Shown: positions 1 to 9,889, numbered from the stretch's first letter. The stretch: 64,000 nt of DNA from Candidatus Ozemobacteraceae bacterium (GCA_965140445.1 OZ223236.1:4128001-4192000); one strand, 5' to 3'. Notes: generated from the sequence alone by a model not told the origin. Numbers and translations are program-made.

Positions 1-806
1 GTTGTTGGGTGCTTTACCTTTATATAGCCCTTGCTATCAACAGAAATAGCACCATTTAAAAAACCAGTGTTTGGCGTGTGCCCAATTGCCATAAAAATGC
101 CTGAACAAGCGTAATCCGAGATTTCGCCTGACTTAACATTTTTCAATTTAAGCCCTTCAACGAATTGACTTCCATAGATTTCTTCCAAAACAGAATCAAG
201 AACTATATGGATTTTTGGGTTCTGTTTAACCCGGTTTTGCATTGCTTTGCTTGCTCTGAATTCATCTCTTCTATGAATAAGAATCACTTTAGAAGCAAAT
301 TTAGTTAAGAAGAGTGACTCTTCCATGGCCGAATCTCCGCCTCCAAGAACAGCAATAACCTTATTTCTAAACATTGGAAGAGCGCCATCGCATGTTGCAC
401 AAGCAGAAACGCCTTTTCCCCAGAATTCTTTTACCGTGGGATGATCTAACACTTTTGCGCTTGCACCGGTAGCAATAATTACGCTATGTGCTGCAATAGT
501 TCGACTGGAATTTGTTATGGTAAAAGGCTTGGATGAAAAATCAACAGAATCAATATCTTCCATTATCATTTCAGCCCCAAACTTTACCGCCTGTTTTCTC
601 ATATCGGCGATTAAATCCGGCCCCATTTTCCCTTCTGGAAATCCAGGAAAATTTTCCACTTCAGTCGTAGTCATCAACTGTCCGCCTGGCTGCCCACCCT
701 TTAGGAATCCTTCAAAAACTACAGGCTGCAAATCTGCTCTAGCTGCGTATACTGCTGCGGTTAACCCAGCCGGACCAGATCCAATAATAACTACTTTCTT
801 TGCCAT
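1..806 (-). CDS. trxB: Thioredoxin-disulfide reductase (3' end runs off the window)
   Basis: Manual translation from ATG 806: MAKKVVIIGSGPAGLTAAVYAARA (FAD GxGxxG), GGQLMTTTEVENFPGF, redox CATCD, NADPH-binding GGGDSAMEE, IHRRDEFRAS; SD AGGAG upstream. Absent from the ORF track because it is truncated. Confidence 0.96.
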   Translation of the reverse strand, partial: MAKKVVIIGSGPAGLTAAVYAARADLQPVVFEGFLKGGQPGGQLMTTTEVENFPGFPEGKMGPDLIADMRKQAVKFGAEMIMEDIDSVDFSSKPFTITNSSRTIAAHSVIIATGASAKVLDHPTVKEFWGKGVSACATCDGALPMFRNKVIAVLGGGDSAMEESLFLTKFASKVILIHRRDEFRASKAMQNRVKQNPKIHIVLDSVLEEIYGSQFVEGLKLKNVKSGEISDYACSGIFMAIGHTPNTGFLNGAISVDSKGYIKVKHPT

Positions 807-913
807 TTCTATCTCCTGATCATTTAATAATTCATTGTATTATAGAAGTTTATTTCCCCGGCTGCTAGAATAAAATTAATTAAATTTGATAATCCTTTTG
901 ATTGGAGCCCACG

Positions 914-2146
914 ATGAAAAAACTCGTTTTGATTTTATCTCTTCTGTTTCTGGTTTTGCACCCAATAATTGTAGCAACCGCTTCTGAGTCAGCAGAGCAA
1001 GTCGCTTATAAGAGTCTTTTTTCCAGCTCCAAAGGCTTAATCGGAGAAGCCTTTTCAGAAAAGTTTCTCCAGGCACTCCCAATACAAAAAATAAATGAAA
1101 TTTTAGAACTATACAAAAATCAGTTGGGGAGATTTGTTTCATCCCAGAAAGTTGGAAATTTTTATAGGCTTAAATTTGAAAATGGCACTGCAACTTCCAC
1201 AATTCATTTGAACAAAGAAGCTAAAATCAGTGGGCTTTGGTTTGGAGAGCCAGTTATTTCATCAGATAACCTGGAAAATATTAAACGTGAGTTTTCAAAA
1301 CTAAAAGATCGCATTTCTATTTGTCTGATGCGAGACAATAAATTCAAGCTGGTAGATCTTAATAGCGAAAAAGCTTATCCCGTAGGATCAACATTTAAGC
1401 TATTTCTTTTAAAAGCTGTTTGTCAAAAGATTGAGAAAAAAGAAATGGCGTGGAATCAACTGATAAAAATAGAAAAGAAATCGAAATCGTTTCCCAGCGG
1501 AATTCTGCAAGACTGGCCTGTTGGAACGTCTCTTACTCTTGAAAGCATGGCTGGATTAATGATTTCCTTAAGCGATAATACAGCTACGGATCATATTTTT
1601 AATTTGCTTGGACGAGAAACAGTGTCAGCAATTTTGCCAGAAACCTGCGGTTTTTCATTAAACACCTCAGAGATGCTTAAACTAAAATTTGTATTTAAGG
1701 ATAAAGCCAAAGAATTTATTAAGGCTTCAGAGAAACGAAAAAACGAAATCCTAAAAGAAATTTCAGAATTCGATCGCAATTTAACTTCTCAGGAAATAAA
1801 AGAAATTACCGAAGCTCAACCTTTTCTAATTGACGAACTTGAGTGGAACATAAGTACAGAAGAATTATGCAAAGTGATCTACGATTTGCGACTTAATAAA
1901 CTTTTAACAATTAATCCAGCATATGGCCTGATAAATAAAAATGAATGGCATAAGGTTTGTTACAAAGGTGGAAGTGAGCCTGGAGTATTAAATTACACCT
2001 GGTTCCTGCAGAAAACATCGGAGGGCCCTGTATTCAGTCTTTCGTGTTCTATTTCAAATCCCCAAGCCTTACCTGATATCCAAGCTTTCAATTTGGCTGT
2101 GCTTAGACTTATCAAACACATCCATTCTGGAGCGCTGGACGGTTAA
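914..2146 (+). CDS. Secreted serine hydrolase, beta-lactamase/PBP-like fold (LpqF-like)
   Basis: Signal peptide MKKLVLILSLLFL; SxxK (GSTFK), SDN and KGG motifs; GGAG SD before ATG 914. Confidence 0.8.
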   Translation: MKKLVLILSLLFLVLHPIIVATASESAEQVAYKSLFSSSKGLIGEAFSEKFLQALPIQKINEILELYKNQLGRFVSSQKVGNFYRLKFENGTATSTIHLNKEAKISGLWFGEPVISSDNLENIKREFSKLKDRISICLMRDNKFKLVDLNSEKAYPVGSTFKLFLLKAVCQKIEKKEMAWNQLIKIEKKSKSFPSGILQDWPVGTSLTLESMAGLMISLSDNTATDHIFNLLGRETVSAILPETCGFSLNTSEMLKLKFVFKDKAKEFIKASEKRKNEILKEISEFDRNLTSQEIKEITEAQPFLIDELEWNISTEELCKVIYDLRLNKLLTINPAYGLINKNEWHKVCYKGGSEPGVLNYTWFLQKTSEGPVFSLSCSISNPQALPDIQAFNLAVLRLIKHIHSGALDG

Positions 2147-2151
2147 AACAT

Positions 2152-4356
2152 TTATTTTTGTTTCAAAGAATTTGGTGGGGCTACTTTTCTAAGTTTTTGA
2201 ACAAACTTTTTTATCTTGATATTATCAGGAGACTTTTTCTGCGCAATTGTTGCATGTTTCCAGGCTGCAGGATAATCTTTTTGTTTAGCAGCAATAATTG
2301 CCGCTAAGAACCTTGCCTGACCATAATAAGGATCTCTTAAGAATATCTGGGAAAGCTTCCGGTTAGCTTCGCTGAACAATTGTTTCTTATAAAACTTTAC
2401 CGCCTGCTTCATCAAATCTTTGGTGTCATCATTGGGTTTGCCTTTGTTATTTTTTAAAGCAGAAAAGCGTTTATATACTTCACCAGCAATCTCAGCAATT
2501 CTTGGTGCTGGTAAATTTAAATCACCATTAGAAATCTCTACTACCAGATCATCGTAAATTAGCCTTACTATCGATGCTCGGCTCAGTAGTCTTTCTTTCT
2601 TATCATATACCCCAAATGCGATCAGATGATTTTTGGTCGCCTCTGGAGCGGAAATAGACGAGAATTCAATATCCTTAATCAGCACTCCAGGCTGTTGGGA
2701 AAGAAGACCTAGATTTATTCTTGCCATAAATTCAAGTGAATCAAGAAAATCTATGGTAATGTTTTTGTCCTTGAACCAATATATGGTAATTGAGTTTGGA
2801 GGGCTCTTTTCAGCCTTTTGGAAGATATAAACATGAGCCTGCTTCATTGCGGATATTAGTTTATCCCGTTTTTTTTCATTCATATTTGGATAAGCAGCTT
2901 TAAGATTTAAGATTCCAATTGCCTGAGAAGTTTCTAAAAGCTTTTCATCAGTTATAAAGCTTCCCAAACCTTTAAAAACTTTTCCCAGGTCCAAAGATTC
3001 CGCTTGTTTTGATCTGTAATTTTCTGGACTAGCTATAACAGCACTGGTTTTTGGAGGAGTAATCAAAACATTCCACAGATATTTCCGGCCATAAACTCGA
3101 ACCAAATGGTCCACAAACTTTTTCCCCATCACATATCCCGCTGATGAAATAGCAGACTTTACATTTAGAATATTTTTAACACTCTTCTCTCCCTTGCCCT
3201 GCCCGGTCGAAAAAATGTTGGCAAACTCAATAATCTCCTTGTCATACCCCATAGCCGTGCCAACAGAGTCCTGCATAAAAACAGCATGCCCTTCCATAAC
3301 AGCGTTTAATGCCACCATTTCATCTGAATTGCTAACAGAAAAAACCTTATCAGATATGTTCGCATGCTGATCCTGCAATGCGTGCGTTAGTTCATGAGCA
3401 ATTACTACTTCAACAAGGGGTTTGAGCATTTTTTCAGGAATTCCGACATTGCGCATTAGGGGAATCATGTTCCGAGGTAAAATATACAGTTTCTTTGACC
3501 TGATTCCATATTTCCCAAAAAGGCTATAGGAAGCACTGATCGCAGCATTTTCGGCCAGCTCAATATTTTCCAGGCGAGAGTTGCCTGGAGTCAAATTTTG
3601 AAATTGAGTATTCAGCTCAATAGCAAGCTCCGTTGCAACTTCTGACCTTGAGGCCATTACAAGCTCAGGCCTATTTTTAAACCTTTTACCAGTCGCCTTC
3701 TCAACTAGTGGAATAACCTTTTTCATCATTTCTTCGCCTTCTTCTTTGCTGAAGGCGGGCATTCCCGGGGGAAGATCTGTTCTTTGAAGCTTTGTTACAT
3801 AAATTGGAATATTTTGATGAAATTTGAAGGAGTTCTTTTCGACCTGCGAAACTTCTTCTTTTGACAATTTGGATTTAAAGGTATTTCTGATTTTCACAAA
3901 TTGGCTTTTTACGTTAATCCCAAATAGATCCATTCTACTTTGTGCCAGATCTAATAAAGCAGTAGCTTTTACCTTTTCGCCCTTCTCAAAAAGATGGCCG
4001 CCGTAAACGCTAATGGCCAGAGGGTGACCTTTCAATGCAGCCAACCGAACTTTCTCCATCCCGGCCTCTATGTTTTTTTCCGTTCCTTCCCCTTTAATCT
4101 GGCCGAGTCCAACACCATAAAGGCAGTCTAAATCGCCAAGTTCTGACCCCTTGAGATAAAATTCATAAGCCTTATTAAAATCTTTTTTAACCCCTTTTGT
4201 TCCCTCATAGTTGAAAACAGCAAGGAAAAAATAACCAACTGGATCACCATTATTTGCCTGCTCCTGAAAATATTTAAAATCAAACATTGCCCCAGCGCAA
4301 ACATGTGCGATAAACAGGGTTAACAGCAATGAGAAGCAAAGTTTTTGAATCTTCAT
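2152..4356 (-). CDS. Secreted Sel1-repeat / HEXXH zinc-peptidase-like / TPR multidomain protein
   Basis: Signal peptide; Sel1-like repeats (YEGTKGVKKDFNKAYEFY, GEGTEKNIEAGMEK); HELTHALQDQH followed by MEGHA; C-terminal TPR-like helices. Confidence 0.7.
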   Translation of the reverse strand: MKIQKLCFSLLLTLFIAHVCAGAMFDFKYFQEQANNGDPVGYFFLAVFNYEGTKGVKKDFNKAYEFYLKGSELGDLDCLYGVGLGQIKGEGTEKNIEAGMEKVRLAALKGHPLAISVYGGHLFEKGEKVKATALLDLAQSRMDLFGINVKSQFVKIRNTFKSKLSKEEVSQVEKNSFKFHQNIPIYVTKLQRTDLPPGMPAFSKEEGEEMMKKVIPLVEKATGKRFKNRPELVMASRSEVATELAIELNTQFQNLTPGNSRLENIELAENAAISASYSLFGKYGIRSKKLYILPRNMIPLMRNVGIPEKMLKPLVEVVIAHELTHALQDQHANISDKVFSVSNSDEMVALNAVMEGHAVFMQDSVGTAMGYDKEIIEFANIFSTGQGKGEKSVKNILNVKSAISSAGYVMGKKFVDHLVRVYGRKYLWNVLITPPKTSAVIASPENYRSKQAESLDLGKVFKGLGSFITDEKLLETSQAIGILNLKAAYPNMNEKKRDKLISAMKQAHVYIFQKAEKSPPNSITIYWFKDKNITIDFLDSLEFMARINLGLLSQQPGVLIKDIEFSSISAPEATKNHLIAFGVYDKKERLLSRASIVRLIYDDLVVEISNGDLNLPAPRIAEIAGEVYKRFSALKNNKGKPNDDTKDLMKQAVKFYKKQLFSEANRKLSQIFLRDPYYGQARFLAAIIAAKQKDYPAAWKHATIAQKKSPDNIKIKKFVQKLRKVAPPNSLKQK

Positions 4357-4437
4357 ATTTACCTGCTCAAAATAACCTTTTCTTTCAGTTTAACTATTTT
4401 TTTACGAGTTGCCTAAAATACCAGTATTTGCAAATGA

Positions 4438-4776
4438 CTATTCTTCGTCATCTATTCCCAATAAAAGAAAATGGTTCAAAATAATTCTTATACCTATCAC
4501 AGCGGCTAATTGTCCGATGTCATTCCAGGACGGTGCCAAAGTTGTTTTTAAAATACTTGCTCCGATTAAAAGAGCTAATGCAAGCGAAAATGAGTGCCCA
4601 ATTTCCAGGCGACTTTCAACAATGGCCTTTCTGGCTCTGTGTTTTGTGAAAATGTCCTTTATGTAAATTAGAGAAGCTTTGAAAACTCCGATGCATATAA
4701 CCACAATGGCTAAAGCCTGGCAAAGCATTGCACAAATAGAATTTAAATCATTTAGTAATGCACGAATACTTTCCAC
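4438..4776 (-). CDS. DUF1622 family membrane protein
   Basis: RLEIGHSFSLALALLIGASILKT, PSWNDIGQLAAVIGIRIILNHFL pattern typical of DUF1622. Confidence 0.85.
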   Translation of the reverse strand: MESIRALLNDLNSICAMLCQALAIVVICIGVFKASLIYIKDIFTKHRARKAIVESRLEIGHSFSLALALLIGASILKTTLAPSWNDIGQLAAVIGIRIILNHFLLLGIDDEE

Positions 4777-4849
4777 AACACCTCTCCCTTATTTTTCAAT
4801 AATACAATCGAAAACCCCAGTTTTTCTAACGCTTTTACTCAAAACTCTT

Positions 4850-5422
4850 TTAAGAAATTTCTATATCAAACTTATACAAAAGACCAACTACTTCGGGAAG
4901 GGAAAACTTTGCCTTCTTAATCCTGTTTATTCCAGGATCAATAGAATAATTTCTGGCACTGACCAGATTAGCTTTTTGCAGATTGGTATTTTCAAAAATG
5001 GCACCACTTAAATCACAATCAGCAAAAACAGATTCAAACAAATTCGTATTTCTGAAATCCACCTCATGCAAGCTTGAATTATAAAATTTAGTCCCCTTCA
5101 TTCCTAATTTAAAAAATGAGCACAAATTCAAAATACAATCCTCGAAAGTTGCTGAAAAAAGGAGGCTATTACAGTTTTCGAAGTTTACTCCTAACAGTTT
5201 GCAATTCTTAAATTTAGCATCTTTAATAATTAATTGATCTACCTTGGCTAAAGAAAAATTACATCCATCAAAAGCGCATTCAATAAAACTTACACCATCC
5301 AGGTTTAAACTAGAAAAATTACAATTTTTAAACTTGCAACCATCATATTCACCGCTTTCAAGTTGAACCTGAGTAAAATCTACTTTTTCAAAGATTTCAT
5401 TTTCAAAAAAATTTTGCTGCAA
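4850..5422 (-). CDS. Pentapeptide repeat protein
   Basis: Tandem five-residue repeats (CKFKN CNFSS LNLDG VSFIE CAFDG CNFSL) throughout. Confidence 0.9.
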   Translation of the reverse strand: MQQNFFENEIFEKVDFTQVQLESGEYDGCKFKNCNFSSLNLDGVSFIECAFDGCNFSLAKVDQLIIKDAKFKNCKLLGVNFENCNSLLFSATFEDCILNLCSFFKLGMKGTKFYNSSLHEVDFRNTNLFESVFADCDLSGAIFENTNLQKANLVSARNYSIDPGINRIKKAKFSLPEVVGLLYKFDIEIS

Positions 5423-5479
5423 CTTATTTTCCCCCTAAGGCTCTGTTACAAGATTTAACTACAACAAATACTGAAAAAT

Positions 5480-7150
5480 TTACTTGGTGCGTAAAGCTAC
5501 AACCCCAACAAAATCGTCTCCAGGAGGATTTTGAATAAAACCTTCGCATCTTTCGACCATCATCTTGGCGGCGTAGCTGCTTTCTTCCTGGTCGAGGAGG
5601 TCTTTAAAAATCTTTAGAGCTGATTCCCATTGTTTAGCCATATATAATTCCATTGCTTCATTGTGGCGATTTACCTGCTCAAGAACGTTATTTTCTGTAA
5701 ATTCAATTTCAGACAACAATTCGTAAATTCTTACGCCGCAGGTTTTCCCCTTAACAATAACAACGTCAATAAATCTGGCCGCCATGACCTCTTTTACGCT
5801 TTCGTAAGTAGACTCACTGATAAGAATTCCAGTGTGATAAAGTTTATTTATGCTTTCAAGCCTGGCAGCAAGATTCACACTGTCGCCCACCGCCGTGTAA
5901 CTCATTCGCTTATCGTAACCAATATTTCCAACCAAAGCTTCGCCTGTATTAATACCCATTCTTGTGAAAAAAGTTGGAATACCTTTTTCAGAAAGTATTT
6001 TGTTAATTTTAACTTCTTTTTTCCTACAGGCAAGCGCTGTCCTACAAGCGGCCAATGGATGGTCCGGAAAATCATGAGGAGCTCCCCAAAGTGCCATAAT
6101 CGCATCCCCAATATATTTATCAACAATTCCGCCGTTATCCATCACCGCTTGAGTCATATCACCAAAATATATTCCAATTGATTCTGCAAGTTTTTCTGGG
6201 GAAATCTGTTCTGCGATAGTTGTAAATCCACGAATATCGGTAAACAAAATGGAAATTTTCCTATTTTCCACTTCCAGAGAAGCTTCCTTTTTTAACTTTA
6301 TCAAGTCTGAAACAAGCGCTGTGGGAACATACTTCTGGAATGAGCGCAAACCGATTTTCATACTTTCCAAAGCATCTGTCATCTCTCTAATTTCATGGAT
6401 CACAGAAGTTGATTTAAAATCAGTGTCGAGATTAAATTTTTGAATCTCACCCATATCAGCGGTTACCTGACTTATAGGGCGAGAAATTTTTCTGGAGACA
6501 ATTAAACTTAGAAAAACAGCAACAATTGTTACCAGAAGACTGGTAGTGATAATTGCGAGGATATTATTCAACTGGTGGGTTTTTACGGTTTCCGCCATAA
6601 TATCAATCCCGAGCAGACCTTCAAAAGTTCCTGCTGAAGTATAAATTGGCGCAAATCCTGAAACAAAGGTACCCCATTCGTCGGTGAAATAATTGTTTTC
6701 TACAACTATTTTATTTTTTGTATCAAATGCCTCTTTTATGGCCGGGGTTATAAGAATTACCTTGTGACCAATTTTGGCTCTTTCCTTAATTTTGGGATCT
6801 GAATCTACGACAAAAACCGCCCCATCTTTTGAAGATTCTCTTATTGTATATACATTTTTAATATCTGGATTAATCTTACGAATGGCCTCTAATTGGGAAA
6901 AAATAGTCTTATATTCTTGCCTTTGATTATCTTCCGGAGCAACAATCTTTGCATGCAAATCACCATTAATCTGCTTGGCCCCAATCCCAACTGCCACAGA
7001 TAGTTTTTCTCTGATGGTATTTTTAATAAGATTTCTTACGTGGAGAGAACTTATTCCAGCATTTAGAAGCGTTGTGAAAATAACTGTCCCTAAAAATGCG
7101 TAAAAAAGGGTTATACGTAGCGAAACACGACTTGTTTCGAAAAATTTCAT
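5480..7150 (-). CDS. Membrane adenylate/guanylate cyclase (class III) with periplasmic sensor and HAMP domain
   Basis: Two TM segments, HAMP-like linker, ILFTDIRGFT, DKYIGDAIMA, RMGINTG, YTAVGDSVNLAARLE; Lys in DKYIGD points to ATP specificity. Confidence 0.92.
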   Translation of the reverse strand: MKFFETSRVSLRITLFYAFLGTVIFTTLLNAGISSLHVRNLIKNTIREKLSVAVGIGAKQINGDLHAKIVAPEDNQRQEYKTIFSQLEAIRKINPDIKNVYTIRESSKDGAVFVVDSDPKIKERAKIGHKVILITPAIKEAFDTKNKIVVENNYFTDEWGTFVSGFAPIYTSAGTFEGLLGIDIMAETVKTHQLNNILAIITTSLLVTIVAVFLSLIVSRKISRPISQVTADMGEIQKFNLDTDFKSTSVIHEIREMTDALESMKIGLRSFQKYVPTALVSDLIKLKKEASLEVENRKISILFTDIRGFTTIAEQISPEKLAESIGIYFGDMTQAVMDNGGIVDKYIGDAIMALWGAPHDFPDHPLAACRTALACRKKEVKINKILSEKGIPTFFTRMGINTGEALVGNIGYDKRMSYTAVGDSVNLAARLESINKLYHTGILISESTYESVKEVMAARFIDVVIVKGKTCGVRIYELLSEIEFTENNVLEQVNRHNEAMELYMAKQWESALKIFKDLLDQEESSYAAKMMVERCEGFIQNPPGDDFVGVVALRTK

Positions 7151-7281
7151 TCTAAATCCTCAACAAACTATTTTTTTAACGACTCAGCTTTGTTAAGATT
7201 ACCATAAAACCAATTTTTCAGATTAGAGTTCATTTTAGTTTTTCTGATTCTGTATTTGAGCGGAAAGAAAAGTATGGCATG

Positions 7282-7800
7282 TCATTTAGATAGGCTATAC
7301 AACAATATTGGTTTCGGCGGATTTTTTTCTACAGCTTGCTTAATCTCTTTTTCAAACACGAACCCGAGTTTTTGCAACAAATCAATGGACCTGGAATTGT
7401 TTGGCTGTGCAATAGCTAAAATAGTTTTAAATTCTAAAACCCCTATTCCAAACTGTATTAAAGCTTTTGCAGATTCAAAAGCATATCCAAGTCCTCTATA
7501 ATCAGGTAAAAATGCAAATCCCAAATCTGGAAAATCAAGATAATCTCTTTTTACAAATCCGCAAATTCCTATGGGCGTATTTTCTTCTTTAAGGCTTACT
7601 AAATAAAGCCCAAAACCCAATTTTTCATAACTATTTACAAAAGCTTTATCTATAAATCTTCTTGCTTGATCAATAGAGCAAATTTCTCTGTCGCCTATGA
7701 ATTTAATCCATGCCGGATCATTAACCAATTCAACTATAAATTCAGAATCCTGGAAAAACAATTCTGAAAGAAAAAGCCGCTCAGTCTCAAGAATTCTCAT
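7282..7800 (-). CDS. GNAT N-acetyltransferase (RimJ/RimL type)
   Basis: LETERLFL, DLGFAFLPDYRGLGYAFE, NNSRSIDLLQKLGF. Confidence 0.9.
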   Translation of the reverse strand: MRILETERLFLSELFFQDSEFIVELVNDPAWIKFIGDREICSIDQARRFIDKAFVNSYEKLGFGLYLVSLKEENTPIGICGFVKRDYLDFPDLGFAFLPDYRGLGYAFESAKALIQFGIGVLEFKTILAIAQPNNSRSIDLLQKLGFVFEKEIKQAVEKNPPKPILLYSLSK

Positions 7801-8201
7801 AAATGCTTCTTCTTACTCCGGTAAACGAGGAAAATATCTACAAAAGAATAGACAAAAATTAGCCCCGAAAAAAACATCCAATAACTGTTGCCAGACGAAT
7901 TGAAGCTGGCTTCAAAAGCAGCGTCATCCTGCATGTCTAATGCAGCATCAAGTTGGCTGTTCATACTAGAAACATAACTCAAACCACCCATGATGGTACA
8001 AAGCAGCATAAAAACCATAATTATGGCACCTCTTTTTCTGGCACCCAATTTCCAGGTCCCGATTCCCGGCAAAAATAGATTAGCAACAATAGAAGAAACG
8101 AGGGATGCCTCATCTTCACTTTTTTCATTGTCTGGAAATTTTGGAATCTTAGTATTCTTTGAAGGATTCAAATTCTTGGATGGATATTTTTCACTATTCA
8201 T
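7797..8201 (-). CDS. Hypothetical membrane protein
   Basis: 134-aa ORF with three hydrophobic segments (NLFLPGIGTW...); 4-nt overlap with the GNAT gene. Confidence 0.7.
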   Translation of the reverse strand: MNSEKYPSKNLNPSKNTKIPKFPDNEKSEDEASLVSSIVANLFLPGIGTWKLGARKRGAIIMVFMLLCTIMGGLSYVSSMNSQLDAALDMQDDAAFEASFNSSGNSYWMFFSGLIFVYSFVDIFLVYRSKKKHL

Positions 8202-8460
8202 ATTCCCCTACCTTTTTACGACTAAATAAACATTGTTAGCTGGTGAAAAATACTTGTCCGAAATTAGTATTTTAGATCGCTAAAAAAACATAATCTGGTG
8301 ACTTACCCAATAACTATAGCAAATTATATAAATAAATTTTGCCTTACCCTAAAATAATCTTTTCCACGCAAACCCTTTGTTTAATGCATAGACTAGAAGA
8401 AACACAAAGATAAAGCCTTTATTTAATGATGCATTAGGGATTTTTTTTTTGCTCGGTACA

Positions 8461-8489
8461 TTGACGCTTTTGCATTTGATTTTTATAAT
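8461..8489 (+). promoter_or_regulatory. Sigma70-type promoter of the C39-like peptidase gene
   Basis: TTGACG (8461-8466), 17-nt spacer, TATAAT (8484-8489). Confidence 0.75.
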
Positions 8490-8528
8490 TGTAGGAAAAT
8501 CAAGCAATTCGACCACACGGAGGTCGCC

Positions 8529-9839
8529 ATGAAAAACAATCAAAGTCTGAAAGCAGCAATAGGTTCTATAATATGTATAGCCATATTGGCCCTTGCTCTT
8601 CACTCAACAGCCAGCGCTACGGTAAAAAGCTGGGAAGATGTTGAGAAGCTAAAAATGCGCTATGAGCAGCTTTACAGGGACTATACTACCAAGCTCTCTG
8701 AAACAAATCAGGAAACCAGAAAAAAACTGGCCGATGAAGTAACTGCTGCCAAAAACCGCTATGAAGAAGCACGCAAGATGTTTTCTCTCACAGACAGAAC
8801 TAAAGAATCCATTAAAAACACTGCAACTAAAGTTAAAGATACAGTAAAAAAGGTTTTCTCAAGTGGAAATGGTTCAAAAGCTCTTGGAACATCTGAAGGA
8901 TCAGATAATGGAATAGTAGCTTCCGGAACAGGAGTTCACCTTCCAGGTTTTGACCAGATCAGTGTTAACATTGATGGCGACAATTATTGTGGTCAGTTTG
9001 CTATGACGACAGCTTTAAATGGTATGGGAATTCCAGCTGCAGGCGACACAGTATATAAAATGACAAATCCTGCCGGAATATTCACAGGCCCTTCCACAAT
9101 TGTTGAATATCTCAGAATGAGTGGTGTTGATGCATCTTCAAAGCACAATGCCTCAATTGAAGATATAATAAAGAAGCTTGATGATGGAAAACCAGTAATT
9201 ACTCTGGTAAATTCCAGTGGAAATGTGCCGCATTGGATTTGTATCACAGGTTATGATGTGGATTCCAACGGAAAAGTTAAATCTCTCTCAATGAGAGATT
9301 CTTATTGGGGAACCAAAAGCACTTTCAGCATGGAAGTTGGCGATTTCATGAAAAAATGGGAAGCACCATTAGGCAATGGATTTCTCAGTGGAGTTGCAGG
9401 TTACAAAAATCTAATGATCGACATTGCTGGAACAGCAGAAAAAGCATTTTCTCCTCCACTCTTTACAAATAACTTCTGGACAGCCACAGAAGATAATATG
9501 GCAGCAGGCATCAATGATACAGTAACCGGCTTTAAACGACTTTCTCCAACTCAATTGGCTGGAGGGGTTTTAAAACTGGGTATCGGAATTCCTGGTGCAG
9601 TTACTGGAGTTGTATCCAATGGTCTCTCTAAGGTTGGTTCTATAGCTAGCGATTGGGGAAAAACCAAATGGAATGAAGGCGGAACTTTAAACAAGGTTAT
9701 CGGTGGCGCAGCAGTGGTTGGCGGAACAGCAGCCAAAGTTGTTGGAGTTGTTGGAAAAACAGCAGCAAATGCTTTATCAACTGTTGCAAGTGTCTTTGGT
9801 AACGGTATTAAGAAACTTGGATATGTATTTGCAAGATAA
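8529..9839 (+). CDS. Secreted C39-like cysteine peptidase with coiled-coil N-region and Gly-rich C-terminal tail
   Basis: Signal peptide; NYCGQFAMTTAL (Cys), DGKPVITLV, PHWICITGYD (His), MRDSYWG (Asp); GGAGG SD. Confidence 0.75.
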   Translation: MKNNQSLKAAIGSIICIAILALALHSTASATVKSWEDVEKLKMRYEQLYRDYTTKLSETNQETRKKLADEVTAAKNRYEEARKMFSLTDRTKESIKNTATKVKDTVKKVFSSGNGSKALGTSEGSDNGIVASGTGVHLPGFDQISVNIDGDNYCGQFAMTTALNGMGIPAAGDTVYKMTNPAGIFTGPSTIVEYLRMSGVDASSKHNASIEDIIKKLDDGKPVITLVNSSGNVPHWICITGYDVDSNGKVKSLSMRDSYWGTKSTFSMEVGDFMKKWEAPLGNGFLSGVAGYKNLMIDIAGTAEKAFSPPLFTNNFWTATEDNMAAGINDTVTGFKRLSPTQLAGGVLKLGIGIPGAVTGVVSNGLSKVGSIASDWGKTKWNEGGTLNKVIGGAAVVGGTAAKVVGVVGKTAANALSTVASVFGNGIKKLGYVFAR

Positions 9840-9849
9840 ATAAGACGAT

Positions 9850-9880
9850 CGGGACAGCGAAAGCTGTCCCGTTTTTTTTT
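9850..9880 (+). terminator. Intrinsic terminator
   Basis: CGGGACAGC-GAAA-GCTGTCCCG followed by T9. Confidence 0.9.
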
Positions 9881-9889
9881 GGAGATTTT

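Noticed and set aside
517..819. 100-aa + strand ORF, and the many other short ORFs antisense to or nested in long CDSs
   Set aside because: Shadow of trxB on the opposite strand. The others likewise overlap well-supported genes and lack recognisable motifs.
914..2146. Class A beta-lactamase resistance gene
   Set aside because: SxxK and SDN are present, but KTG reads KGG, no ExxLN omega-loop motif is visible and there is an extra N-terminal domain; it fits an LpqF-like serine hydrolase better.
4850..5422. Qnr/MfpA quinolone-resistance gene
   Set aside because: Pentapeptide repeats alone do not establish this function, and there is no mobile context.
8360..8440. c-di-GMP-I riboswitch suggested by GCAAACC
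   Set aside because: No GNRA-capped stem or GACGCAAAGC-type second element in the right arrangement.
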